64,000 nt of DNA from an uncultured Chloroflexia bacterium (GTDB taxonomy: Bacteria; Chloroflexota; Anaerolineae; CG2-30-64-16): NCBI GenBank assembly GCA_963774265.1, contig CAVZDU010000001.1:1442021-1506020 (forward strand), in the 5' to 3' direction. Below are positions 19,304-28,595 of the stretch, one piece after another; the stretch's first letter is position 1, and each line of letters starts with the position of its first letter. The notes under the pieces were generated by a model, which saw only the letters and a list, made by a program, of their open reading frames with translations, had not been told where the DNA came from and made no database searches. A program made the position numbers and the translations under genes.

Positions 19304-20233
19304 ATGGACTGGATTGAGATCAGCGTGACGGCTGACGGCGAGGCGGCTGAGGCGGTCAGCGAGTTATTCAACCGATTGAACGCCCGGCCTGACGGTCAGG
19401 GCGGCGCGGTGACGGAAGTGGGCGGTTTTGACCCGGTGGGAGAGGATCATCACCCAACGGTCGTCGTCAAAACCTACTTGCCCTCAGATGATCCGGCAGC
19501 CGGCGAGACGCAGCGCCAGATCGAGGAAGGGCTCTGGTTCTTGGGCCGCCTGTATCCGTTGGGCGAACCCCACGTTCGCCCGCTGAAGGACGAGGATTGG
19601 GCCAACGCGTGGAAGGCAAGCTACAAGCCACTACGCGTGGGCCGGTTCCTTATCATCCCCTCCTGGGAACGCGACGAAGTGACCCCGTCCGACGATGATC
19701 TGCCCATTATCCTGGACCCCGGTATGGCCTTCGGCACCGGCCTGCACCCGAGCACGCAGCTCTGTCTCTTGGGTATGGACGGCGTTATCGGGCCGGGGCA
19801 ACGCGTGCTCGACGCCGGGTGCGGTTCGGGCATCCTGAGCATTGCGGCTGCGCGCCTTGGCGCCACTCAGATTGACGGCTTTGACATAGATCCCATCGCC
19901 ATGCGCGCGACGGACGAAAACACCGCCCTTAACGACCTTCCCACAACCATTAACGTCGTGACGAGCGCTGGGCCGGATGAGAACTCCCCCTTCTGGACGC
20001 CAGGCGGCGCGCGCCGTATGTGGGATGTCATCCTGGTCAACATCCTTCCGCACATCATCACGGCCCTGCTCGACCAGGGCCTGGCGAATCATCTGGCCCC
20101 TGGCGGCCGGTTGATCCTGGCCGGCATTATTGAAGCGCGCGAGGCCGATCTGCGCAGCTATTTGTCCGGTCGCGGGCTGTCTGTGACGCGCCGCCTGGCC
20201 CAGGGTGATTGGGTGTCCTTGACGGTCCGGTAG
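19304..20233 (+). CDS. prmA: Ribosomal protein L11 methyltransferase
   Basis: DPGMAFGTGLHPST, LDAGCGSGILSI; dnaJ-prmA-rsmE synteny. Confidence 0.95.
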   Translation: MDWIEISVTADGEAAEAVSELFNRLNARPDGQGGAVTEVGGFDPVGEDHHPTVVVKTYLPSDDPAAGETQRQIEEGLWFLGRLYPLGEPHVRPLKDEDWANAWKASYKPLRVGRFLIIPSWERDEVTPSDDDLPIILDPGMAFGTGLHPSTQLCLLGMDGVIGPGQRVLDAGCGSGILSIAAARLGATQIDGFDIDPIAMRATDENTALNDLPTTINVVTSAGPDENSPFWTPGGARRMWDVILVNILPHIITALLDQGLANHLAPGGRLILAGIIEAREADLRSYLSGRGLSVTRRLAQGDWVSLTVR

Positions 20234-20241
20234 CGCGATCT

Positions 20242-20985
20242 ATGCACCGATTCTTCGTGTCACCCAACATCCTTGCCGTTTCACCGGTTACCCTGACCGG
20301 CGACCAGGCGCATCAAATCCGCCGCGTGCTGCGGCTGCAGCCCGGAGACCGGGTCATACTGCTGGACGGAGAGGGTTGGGCTTATGAGGCCCAGCTGATC
20401 GCGGTCTCCTCCAGGGACGTGCGACTCACAGTCGTAAGCCGCGCGAAGGCCTGCGGCGAGCCGCCAGTGCACATAACCCTGTACCAGGCAGTGTTGAAGG
20501 GCGAGCGCTTCTCCTGGGCGCTTCAGAAGGGAACTGAGGTCGGCGTCAGTGCGTTTGTGCCGCTGGTGTGTGAACGCAGCGTCATAGATGACTTGCAGGT
20601 TGTCGAGGGCAAGCGGGATCGTTGGCAGCGTATCATCCAGGAAGCCGCGGAACAGTGCGGACGGGGATACGTGCCGGACCTTCTACCGGCGCAGTTGCTG
20701 CGCCAGGCGGTGAAGGCGCCTGCGCAAGAGGGCGCCTTGCGTCTCATCCCCTGGGAGGGCGAGCGTGTCACGCCCCTGCGCGAGGCGTTGAGCGGGTGTA
20801 ACCTTAACGATGGCTTGCACATCGAACTCTTTGTTGGCCCGGAAGGTGGCTTCACGGATGTCGAGGTCGATTGGGCGCGGCGCCACGGGGTGCAACCGGT
20901 GACGTTGGGCCCGCGGATCTTGAGGGCAGAGACGGCCGGCCTGGTTGCAACTGCAGCCATCCTTTATCAGGCAGGCGAATTCTAG
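20242..20985 (+). CDS. rsmE: 16S rRNA m3U1498 methyltransferase
   Basis: HQIRRVLRL, EAAEQC, GPEGGF, LGPRILRAETA. Confidence 0.95.
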   Translation: MHRFFVSPNILAVSPVTLTGDQAHQIRRVLRLQPGDRVILLDGEGWAYEAQLIAVSSRDVRLTVVSRAKACGEPPVHITLYQAVLKGERFSWALQKGTEVGVSAFVPLVCERSVIDDLQVVEGKRDRWQRIIQEAAEQCGRGYVPDLLPAQLLRQAVKAPAQEGALRLIPWEGERVTPLREALSGCNLNDGLHIELFVGPEGGFTDVEVDWARRHGVQPVTLGPRILRAETAGLVATAAILYQAGEF

Positions 20986-21029
20986 GTTTTTGGGAGCGGC
21001 TTCAGCCGCCGCGTGGAGGATAGGACGAG

Positions 21030-22091
21030 ATGTTGGACGGATTGAACTTCAACCTGAACATGGGTGGCGCAACGGAATCTCAGACGGAACCAGCGGAGCT
21101 TGAAAAGGCCCCGCGCCCCGAGATCGAAAACGTCATCATCATCGGTAGCGGCCCTGCGGGGTGGTCAGCGGCCATCTACACCGCGCGCGCCGACCTGAGA
21201 CCGCTGCTGATTACCGGGAATGAGCTGGGCGGCCAGATCGCGCTTACTACTGAGGTGGAGAACTTCCCAGGCTTCGACCAAATTCAGGGGCCCGAGTTGG
21301 TCGAGCGGATGCAGCGGCAGGCTGAACGTTTCGGGGCCGAGGTGCTCATCGACTATGTGACCGAGATCGACGTGAACGGACCGCCGTTCACTGTGCGCAC
21401 CGCCTCGGGCAAGGAATTCACAACCAAGGGAATCGTTGTCGCCACGGGCGCGTCGCCTCGTCGTCTGGGCGTACCCGGCGAAGATCGACTGATCGGCCGC
21501 GGTGTCAGCTTCTGCAGTACCTGCGATGGTTTCTTTTTCCGCAACAAGGATGTTGTGGTGGTCGGCGGCGGCGACAGTGCACTGCAGGAGGCCTTGTTCC
21601 TCACGAAGTTCGCTGCCAGGGTGCGCGTCGTTCACCGCCGCGATCAGTTGCGCGCTAGCGCGGTGCTGCAGCGGCGGGCCAGGGAGAACCCGAAGATTGA
21701 GTTCGTGTGGAACAGCGTGGTGGAGAACGTCAACGGGCAAGACAAAGTGGAGACTCTGACGCTGCGCAACGTCCAGACGGGCGAAACCAGCGAGACGAAG
21801 ACGGACGGCGTGTTTGTCTACGTCGGTCACCTGCCGAACAACGCGCTGTTTATCGATAAGGTGGCTGTGGACGGAGAGGGCTATCTGATTACTGACAAGC
21901 TAATGCGGACGAGCGTGCCGGGCATCTTCGCCGCGGGTGAGATCCAGGATCACCGCTTCAAGCAGGCGGCGACCTCCGCGGGCCAGGGTGTGGCCGCCGC
22001 GATGGAGATGGATAAATACCTCGCGGACCTTGAGGATCGGACGTATCCGGGACGCGAAGAGACCTATAAGGAAGTGGAAATGGCGGCGTAG
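21030..22091 (+). CDS. trxB: Thioredoxin-disulfide reductase
   Basis: GSGPAG, VENFPG, CSTCDG, GGGDSA, HRRD. Confidence 0.95.
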   Translation: MLDGLNFNLNMGGATESQTEPAELEKAPRPEIENVIIIGSGPAGWSAAIYTARADLRPLLITGNELGGQIALTTEVENFPGFDQIQGPELVERMQRQAERFGAEVLIDYVTEIDVNGPPFTVRTASGKEFTTKGIVVATGASPRRLGVPGEDRLIGRGVSFCSTCDGFFFRNKDVVVVGGGDSALQEALFLTKFAARVRVVHRRDQLRASAVLQRRARENPKIEFVWNSVVENVNGQDKVETLTLRNVQTGETSETKTDGVFVYVGHLPNNALFIDKVAVDGEGYLITDKLMRTSVPGIFAAGEIQDHRFKQAATSAGQGVAAAMEMDKYLADLEDRTYPGREETYKEVEMAA

Positions 22092-22121
22092 ACGTCACTC
22101 ACCTCCAGGCGAGAGCAACCC

Positions 22122-22160
22122 AAGCCAGGTTTCTAGCGGCAGGTTAGGAATCTGGCTTTT
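22122..22160 (+). terminator. Intrinsic terminator between convergent genes
   Basis: AAGCCAGGTTTCTAGC...GTTAGGAATCTGGCTTTT stem with U-tract. Confidence 0.65.
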
Positions 22161-22166
22161 CTATTC

Positions 22167-23189
22167 CTACGGCGCGCGCCATTCATGCGGAATGCCCTTC
22201 GCGTCCAGCGCTGCTTCGTACTCTTTTAGATTGGCTGCAGTCACCACGTCTACGCCGGTGTCAATCACGCCATTCACTGCACTCATCTCCGACAGTGCAG
22301 CCGTCGCACCTTTCTCGGCCATCAGCTTGATAAGCTGGACTGATTTGTAGCCCATGTTGTATTCGCGCTGGGCAATCGTGGCCGCGATGATGCCCATCTG
22401 GACACCGTGGATGATATCTGTCGTGGCATCGAATGTAATCAGCTTGATCTCACCTGCTGCGTCTGCATCTTGGATCGCTGTGACCCATGCTGGTCCGGTA
22501 GCGGCGTAAACCGCAAAGGCGCCGGCGAGGTCCGGATTGGCGGAGATGGTGGAACTGGCCAACTCCAGAGCGGTCGAGGGGTCCTCGCGATCGTTATAGG
22601 CCGCCAAAGCGACGATGCCTGATCCCGCGATGGCCGACAGAAATCCCTCTGTTCGTTGTAGTGCGTTTCGGGCCGTGTCGGAGCCGCGGCCGATGCCCAC
22701 CTTGCCACCCCGTGGCAGCAGATCGACCATCTTCTTTCCGGCGATCTTTCCGGCGTTGACATTGTCGGTGCCGATATAGGCGAGAGATGCGCTTCCGTCC
22801 ACGGGGGGCGTGTCCAAGGTGATGACGAGGATGCCCACCTCACTTGCTTTTCGGATAAAGGGCTCCAGTGCCAGAGGATCCGACGGCGCAATTGCAATTC
22901 CGGTGACCCGTTGGGCAATATAGGTCTCTAGGGTCTGGATTTGAGCAGCCACGTCTTCTTTAGGCGGGACAAAGAAGGCTGTCTGGACGCCCAACTCCGT
23001 TCCGGCAGCTTTCACACCGGCCTCAACGTTTGACCAATACGGGTGCACGGATTTGCCGATTACCACAATCTTCAGCGCCTCGGTTTTTCTCGCTGGGGCA
23101 CACGCAGCAACACAGCCACCGGCCAACAGCACGCACAGCATGAGTGTCATTAGTTTGGACAGGCGCTTCGGCATCGTCTTGTTCTCCAT
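22167..23189 (-). CDS. Monosaccharide ABC substrate-binding lipoprotein (glucose/xylose-binding type)
   Basis: Signal peptide with Cys; [28 protein letters not shown] recall the Thermotoga glucose/xylose-binding protein. Confidence 0.88.
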   Translation of the reverse strand: MENKTMPKRLSKLMTLMLCVLLAGGCVAACAPARKTEALKIVVIGKSVHPYWSNVEAGVKAAGTELGVQTAFFVPPKEDVAAQIQTLETYIAQRVTGIAIAPSDPLALEPFIRKASEVGILVITLDTPPVDGSASLAYIGTDNVNAGKIAGKKMVDLLPRGGKVGIGRGSDTARNALQRTEGFLSAIAGSGIVALAAYNDREDPSTALELASSTISANPDLAGAFAVYAATGPAWVTAIQDADAAGEIKLITFDATTDIIHGVQMGIIAATIAQREYNMGYKSVQLIKLMAEKGATAALSEMSAVNGVIDTGVDVVTAANLKEYEAALDAKGIPHEWRAP

Positions 23190-23195
23190 CGCGCG

Positions 23196-23328
23196 ATCAT
23201 ACTACTGCCATTGCTTGCATACAAACCGGTGAATGCCCCTGAGGGGATTTCCCCTAACACAATATCGGGTTTTTGCCCCAAGCGCCGTCCACGTTGTCGT
23301 TTGCCTGGCGCGCCTGAGATGCTATAAT
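23196..23328. promoter_or_regulatory. Divergent promoter region with central palindrome AGGGG-ATTT-CCCCT (23242-23255)
   Basis: Minus strand TTGTAT-N17-TATGAT; plus strand TGCTATAAT (23320-23328); each -10 lies 6 nt before an ATG. Confidence 0.7.
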
Positions 23329-23334
23329 CTGGCC

Positions 23335-24393
23335 ATGAATGGGACCACCATAGGCAATGTGCGTGTTGTGCTGGCGGATGACCATGCTGTGGTACACGCG
23401 GGCATCGGAAACGCGCTGCGTGAACTCCAGAGTCTCGAGATCGTGGGCGAAGCGGATGATGGGCCCTCCCTCTTCGTCGCGTTGGATACGCTACGTCCCG
23501 ATCTCCTACTCATTGACGTCACGATGCCCGACTTTGAGCCAGTATCCGCGATTCGCTCGATTCGCGGTCGTTATCCCCTTATGAAGATCCTTGTCGTGAG
23601 TGCATATGACGATGATGCATACGTGCAGGGGTTGCTCGGTGCCGGAGTAAATGGATATCACTTGAAAGACCGTTCGCTGAACGAGCTCAAGCTGGCAGTG
23701 CAGCGGGTCCTCGACGGCGATCGGTGGATTTCCAGCAATCTCATTGACAAGTTGCTCAGCTACAACGAGGTCTACCCCTCCGCCTCGATGCTCACGTCGC
23801 GCCAGCAGGAACTCCTGCGGTTGTTGTTGCAGGGCCTGGATAACCAGAACCTAGCGCGTGAGACTGGCTTGAGCGTGAAAACTATCGAGAACCACCTCAC
23901 CCGCATCTATCGACAACTCAACGTTCAGAGCCGGTTGGAAGCAGTCCACTATGTTAGGGAGCACCCGGAAGTGCTCGCTGCCTCGGTAACTCCTGCCGCA
24001 GCCACAGCCGAGTTGCTTCCCCAGAACCGGCTCACGGTAATGCTGGTAGATGACAACGCGCGATATCGCGGACAACTGCGGCGAGTGATCAGCCGGCTCT
24101 ACCCGCATGCAATCATGTGCGAGGCGGGCGCCACCCAAGAGGCCTTGAAACTGGGTGAACAGATTCGCCCACAACTCGCGCTGGTGGATGTCATCCTCGG
24201 TGACGAGGATGGCATCCGTTGTGCGCGGCGGCTCAAAGGGCTGCTGCCTCAGCTGCGAGTGGTGCTGATTACTGCCTATCCGGACCGTGAGTTCCGGCGT
24301 TTGGGCATGGAGGCCGGCGCGGTTGCGTTGCTTGACAAGAAAGACCTGGACGTCTCCACAATGCGCCAGATGATTGATGATGTACTCGCATAG
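23335..24393 (+). CDS. NarL/LuxR-family response regulator, REC-HTH-REC
   Basis: REC1 (ADDH, IDVTMP), LuxR HTH (LTSRQ...SVKTIENHLTRIY), REC2 (VDDN, VDVIL, ITAY). Confidence 0.9.
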   Translation: MNGTTIGNVRVVLADDHAVVHAGIGNALRELQSLEIVGEADDGPSLFVALDTLRPDLLLIDVTMPDFEPVSAIRSIRGRYPLMKILVVSAYDDDAYVQGLLGAGVNGYHLKDRSLNELKLAVQRVLDGDRWISSNLIDKLLSYNEVYPSASMLTSRQQELLRLLLQGLDNQNLARETGLSVKTIENHLTRIYRQLNVQSRLEAVHYVREHPEVLAASVTPAAATAELLPQNRLTVMLVDDNARYRGQLRRVISRLYPHAIMCEAGATQEALKLGEQIRPQLALVDVILGDEDGIRCARRLKGLLPQLRVVLITAYPDREFRRLGMEAGAVALLDKKDLDVSTMRQMIDDVLA

Positions 24394-24425
24394 CTGTGCA
24401 CGACTTCGAGACCCCGTGCGGAGGG

Positions 24426-25475
24426 ATGCCGGTGACTGACGCCCCAACGGCTGCGCCCCCCGAATCGTTCTCAACGCCTGCGCGCCGCTTCTTACTCGAT
24501 CGCTTTTGGCAGGGCAATGCTGGCCGCCAGATTTTCGTCGCAGCATTTCTGTTTCTCCTTATTGTGACCTTATTCAGCCTCAGTTCGGATGCTTTCCTGC
24601 GCTCAAAGAATCTGGCGAATCTTTCTCGAAGTTTCTCGTGGCTGGCCATTGTCGCGATCGGCCAGAGCATGGTTATCATCATGGGCGGGATAGACCTGTC
24701 CGTCGGTGCGACGATGGCCCTGGCAGGACTGGTGGCTGGTCGTTGCATGCAACTTGGTTTTCCGATAACCCTGGCCATCCTGCTGGGGCTACTGGTCGGC
24801 GTCGTTATTGGCTGGTTCAATGGTGTCCTGGTCGCCCGTTTTCACCTGCCTGCATTCGTAGTCACCCTGGGGACGATGGGTATTCAGCGCGGTTTTGCAT
24901 TCGGCCTAACCGGCGGCTGGTCGGTCACCAACATGCCCGAAGCGTTCCTGCAGTTGGGTCAGTCGGATATTGTGCTTGGTCCGTGGATTGTGCCGGTTCC
25001 GCTGCTGATCACCCTGACGGTGGCCCTTTTGCTCAGCCTGTTCTTGCGGCGAACTGTCATGGGCGGCGACATCTATGCGATGAGCAGCGGCGAGCGAGCG
25101 CTGCTTGTGTCCGGCGTTAACGTGATGCGCCTCAAGGTCTTCGTTTACACTTTGTGTGGCTTGCTGGCGGCTGCCGGCGGATTGCTCCTGGCAGCACGCC
25201 TCGGCGTGGCGGCCCCTGCCGCTGCCGTTGGCACTGAGGTCGATGTGGTGGCGGCGGCCGTCATCGGCGGGGCCAGCCTGTTTGGGGGCGTCGGCAGCAT
25301 CCTGGGGGTACTCCTTGGCGCGGCCATCACCCAGATGCTGAACAACGGCCTCATCCTGCTTGGTTACCCTTCCTACTGGCAGACAGCGGCGATCTGCGCG
25401 CTGATGCTGGTAACGGTCCTTCTCGATTACTGGCGGCGGCAACGCCAGGTGGCAGCGCACGGAACCTCTCCTTAA
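24426..25475 (+). CDS. RbsC-like sugar ABC permease with degenerate EAA loop
   Basis: GGIDLSVG, PAFVVTLG, IGGASLFGGVGS; coupling loop reads IYAMSSGERALLVSGVNV. Confidence 0.88.
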   Translation: MPVTDAPTAAPPESFSTPARRFLLDRFWQGNAGRQIFVAAFLFLLIVTLFSLSSDAFLRSKNLANLSRSFSWLAIVAIGQSMVIIMGGIDLSVGATMALAGLVAGRCMQLGFPITLAILLGLLVGVVIGWFNGVLVARFHLPAFVVTLGTMGIQRGFAFGLTGGWSVTNMPEAFLQLGQSDIVLGPWIVPVPLLITLTVALLLSLFLRRTVMGGDIYAMSSGERALLVSGVNVMRLKVFVYTLCGLLAAAGGLLLAARLGVAAPAAAVGTEVDVVAAAVIGGASLFGGVGSILGVLLGAAITQMLNNGLILLGYPSYWQTAAICALMLVTVLLDYWRRQRQVAAHGTSP

Positions 25476-27060
25476 AGCCCGCAATCTGTCGCTGAGCATC
25501 GGCACGCTGCCGCTGATTCACGAGGTGAGCCTCGAAATCTTACCCGGCGAGGTGTTGGGCGTCGCGGGTCAGAGTGGGGCAGGGAAGTCGGTGCTGGCGA
25601 TGCTGCTTGCCGGTGTCCAGACACCCGATGCTGGTGAGCTTGTGTTTGCCGGACGACGGCTAGACTGGCCTTTCCGTGCTCGCAATCTTGGAATCGAAGT
25701 CGTTCACCAGCAACCGGAGATGGTTGAAGGGTTAGACATAACGGGCAACGTGTTCCTGGGAAACGAGTTGGGCTGGTCGCCGTGGGGCCGCTGGCTGCGC
25801 GTGCCCGACCGTCGACGCATGGACGTCGAAGCCGCGCGCATCCTTGCTGATCTGGGGATGCGGTATCATTCCCTGCGTGAACGGGTGTCTAACCTGACGG
25901 GCGAGCAGCGGCAACTTATCGCCATTGCACGCGCAATGACGCATCCCGCCCGGCTCATCATTATTGACGACCCAGGTCTTTTGTTGAGCTATCCCTACCA
26001 ACAGAAGTTGCTTTCGTTGATCCAGGCGTGGCGTAGCCAGGGCGCCGCCGTGCTCTACGGCAGCGACAATGTCGATCATCTCATGGCCGTCACCGATCGT
26101 ATCCTGGTCCTCCGCCACGGCCGCTGCATCGCACAGCGCGTCACCGAGGAGACGGATCGCGAGCAGATCTTGGCCGCCTCGGTTGGTGCAGCGGACCAGC
26201 AGGAGTTGACGCCGATCATCTGGGCCCTGGACAGCTATTATCGGGCCAGGGAGCAGGCGGAGAAGCTCAGCAGCCGGCAGAAGGTGTTGGAGCGCGATCT
26301 TGGCGCACCGGAGTTGAACCGGCAGATCATCGACCAGTTGGCCGATCAGGTTAACGTGCTTGACCGGGCGAACGCGGCCCTACAGGAGGCACAACGCCGG
26401 CTGTTATCCGAGCTCGAGCTGGAGCGCAAGCGACTCGCCCGCGAGATCCACGACCAGGTCATCCAGGATCTGCTGGCGGTGGGCTATCAGCTGGAAGAGC
26501 TCGAGTCGGGCCCTGCCGTGACGCCCAGGCTCGAGGAAGAGCTGCAGAGCGTGCGGGCTGATGTGCGCAACGCGGTGAGCGACCTGCGCAACATCTGCGG
26601 CGAGTTGCGCCCGCCGACCATCGACAGCCTGGGGCTAGGACCGGCGCTGCAGTCCTTTGTGCACGAGTGGAGCAAGCGTACCGGCATTGCAGTCAGCATG
26701 GTGCTCGACCCTAATCTGGGACGCCTGCCGGAGTCGACTGAGTTGTCGATCTTCCGCATCGTGCAGGAAGGGCTCAACAACGTGCGCAAGCACGCCGCCG
26801 CGCAGCAGGTCGACATTCAGCTCAAGCATACCTCTCCTCGACGCCTCCTGCTCACCATCGCCGACGACGGCCGGGGCCTGGCTCCGGACTTTGATCCTTC
26901 GCAGCTGTCGGCCGAAGGACACTATGGGCTATCCAGTATCAGCGAGCGTGTGGCTCTCCTGGGCGGGCGTTGGAAGCTCCAGAACCGGCCCGAGGGGGGC
27001 GCACTCATCCAGGCCGAAATCCCACATCCGCGCATTGAGCCAACCTCCCCGGATAGCTGA
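25459..27060 (+). CDS. Degenerate ABC nucleotide-binding domain fused to HisKA_3/HATPase histidine kinase
   Basis: Walker A GQSGAGKS, LTGEQ, IIIDDPG; H-box RLAREIHDQ, EGLNNVRKH, DDGRG, GHYGL; no TM segments. Start uncertain: ACG at 25459 vs GTG at 25525. Confidence 0.88.
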   Translation, partial: TEPLLKARNLSLSIGTLPLIHEVSLEILPGEVLGVAGQSGAGKSVLAMLLAGVQTPDAGELVFAGRRLDWPFRARNLGIEVVHQQPEMVEGLDITGNVFLGNELGWSPWGRWLRVPDRRRMDVEAARILADLGMRYHSLRERVSNLTGEQRQLIAIARAMTHPARLIIIDDPGLLLSYPYQQKLLSLIQAWRSQGAAVLYGSDNVDHLMAVTDRILVLRHGRCIAQRVTEETDREQILAASVGAADQQELTPIIWALDSYYRAREQAEKLSSRQKVLERDLGAPELNRQIIDQLADQVNVLDRANAALQEAQRRLLSELELERKRLAREIHDQVIQDLLAVGYQLEELESGPAVTPRLEEELQSVRADVRNAVSDLRNICGELRPPTIDSLGLGPALQSFVHEWSKRTGIAVSMVLDPNLGRLPESTELSIFRIVQEGLNNVRKHAAAQQVDIQLKHTSPRRLLLTIADDGRGLAPDFDPSQLSAEGHYGLSSISERVALLGGRWKLQNRPEGGALIQAEIPHPRIEPTSPDS

Positions 27061-27105
27061 GCTCACTGGACGGCGAGCGCGGCGTGCAGGCGCGGCGCCT
27101 GAGAT

Positions 27106-27192
27106 AGGGGTTCCCCCCATTTCGGTTGAGGCAAGTCCGACACAGCCAATCCAATTTTTGGACTGCACGCGTTTTGGTAATCGTGTTATAAT
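27106..27192 (+). promoter_or_regulatory. Promoter of first sugar ABC operon with upstream palindrome
   Basis: AGGGG-TTCC-CCCCA (27106-27119); TGTTATAAT (27184-27192). Confidence 0.7.
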
Positions 27193-27280
27193 ACACTCTG
27201 TGGGTCATCCGCCACCGGATGTTGGCGGACAACTCTGTGGCCCACGCGCAAACCCCATATATTCAATAGGAGGATTGTCG

Positions 27281-28414
27281 ATGAAGTCCAAGTTCATGTT
27301 GATCGTCTCGCTGATTTTGATCGTGACCACGCTGTTTGGCTGCGGTGGTGCCGCGACGCCGGCGGCCGCCCCTGCCGCGCAGCAACCGGCCGCCGGTGGC
27401 GGAGGAGCAACCAAAGGGTCGGTCGGCGTCATCCTGCCGACCAAGGATGAGCCGCGCTGGCTGCAAGACCAGGCCGTCTTCCTCAAGGCCGGCTGGACCC
27501 CCCTGTTCAGCCAGGGTGACTCGGCCAAGGAAAAGGCCAACGTCGAGGCCTTGATCAGCCAGGGCATCAAAGTCCTGATCATTTGCCCGCAGGATGCTGT
27601 CGCCGCAGCCGCGGCCGCATCGGCTGCCAAGGCCGCCGGCATCAAGGTCATTTCCTATGACCGCCTGATCCGCGACACCGATGCCGTCGATTACTATGTG
27701 ACGTTCGACAGCATGGCGGTGGGTGCGGCCTGGAGCGAGTACCTGATCAAGCAGGCCGGCGACACCAAGGGCAATCCGCTCTATCTGTATGCGGGTGCAT
27801 CCACCGACAACAACGCCTTCATCTTCTTCGAAGGCGCCTGGGAGAAGATCCAGCCCAAGATCGCCGATGGCACCTTCGTCATCAAGAACTCCAGCGAGGC
27901 CGTCGCTCTCCAGGCCAAGCCCACGCTGACCCGCGATGAAGAGGCCAAGATCATCGGTCAGGTCACCACCAACTGGGACTTCAATACCGCTAAGGGCCTC
28001 ACCGAGGCTAACCTGACCAAGGCTACCGCTGCCGACAAGGGCACCGTCTACATCCTCGGCCCCAACGATGGCACCTCTCGCGCCATCGCTGACGCCTTCG
28101 CCTCGGACAAGGAGGTCAAGAAGTACTTCGTCACCGGTCAGGACGCCGAGAAGGCCTCCGTCCAGTACATCATCGACGGCAAGCAGTCGATGACCGTCTT
28201 CAAGGACGTCCGCACCCTGGCGGCCGACGCCGTCGCCGCGGCCAATGCCTTCCTCGCCGGTAAGACCCCGGAGAAGACAACGACCTACAACAACGGTAAG
28301 ATCGATGTTCCGGCGAAGCCGTCTGCGATCGTCACCGTCACCAAGGACAACGTCAAGGCAGCCTTGATCGACTCCGGCTATTACCAGGCCGGCGACTTCA
28401 CGGGCTTGCAGTAA
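27281..28414 (+). CDS. ChvE/XylF-like monosaccharide-binding lipoprotein
   Basis: AGGAGG RBS, lipobox LFGC, LPTKDEPRW, SYDRLI, DNNA, GQDA, TVFKD. Confidence 0.92.
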   Translation: MKSKFMLIVSLILIVTTLFGCGGAATPAAAPAAQQPAAGGGGATKGSVGVILPTKDEPRWLQDQAVFLKAGWTPLFSQGDSAKEKANVEALISQGIKVLIICPQDAVAAAAAASAAKAAGIKVISYDRLIRDTDAVDYYVTFDSMAVGAAWSEYLIKQAGDTKGNPLYLYAGASTDNNAFIFFEGAWEKIQPKIADGTFVIKNSSEAVALQAKPTLTRDEEAKIIGQVTTNWDFNTAKGLTEANLTKATAADKGTVYILGPNDGTSRAIADAFASDKEVKKYFVTGQDAEKASVQYIIDGKQSMTVFKDVRTLAADAVAAANAFLAGKTPEKTTTYNNGKIDVPAKPSAIVTVTKDNVKAALIDSGYYQAGDFTGLQ

Positions 28415-28423
28415 CAGATCGTC

Positions 28424-28541
28424 CTTCCCCCTCTCCCGCAACCCTGAGCGAAGCGAAGGGCCGGGAGAGGGGGAGGCAGCCCTACCGAGGCAGGGTTATT
28501 GCGAACGCACTCTGCGGCTGATTTGCGCAAGTCAGCCGCAG
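28424..28541 (+). repeat. Two intergenic hairpins (REP-like or mRNA-stabilising) after the binding-protein gene
   Basis: CCCCCTCTCCCG...CGGGAGAGGGGG (28424-28476); CTGCGGCTGA...TCAGCCGCAG (28512-28541). Confidence 0.7.
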
Positions 28542-28595
28542 TAGAACAGGGACAGAACTGGACCCTCATGTTTCACTTCGTCAGGAGTTAGCGCC

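Noticed and set aside
26657-27280. 208-aa N-terminal extension of the binding-protein ORF
   Set aside because: Overlaps the kinase in another frame and the promoter; the true start is the ATG at 27281 with AGGAGG and a signal peptide.
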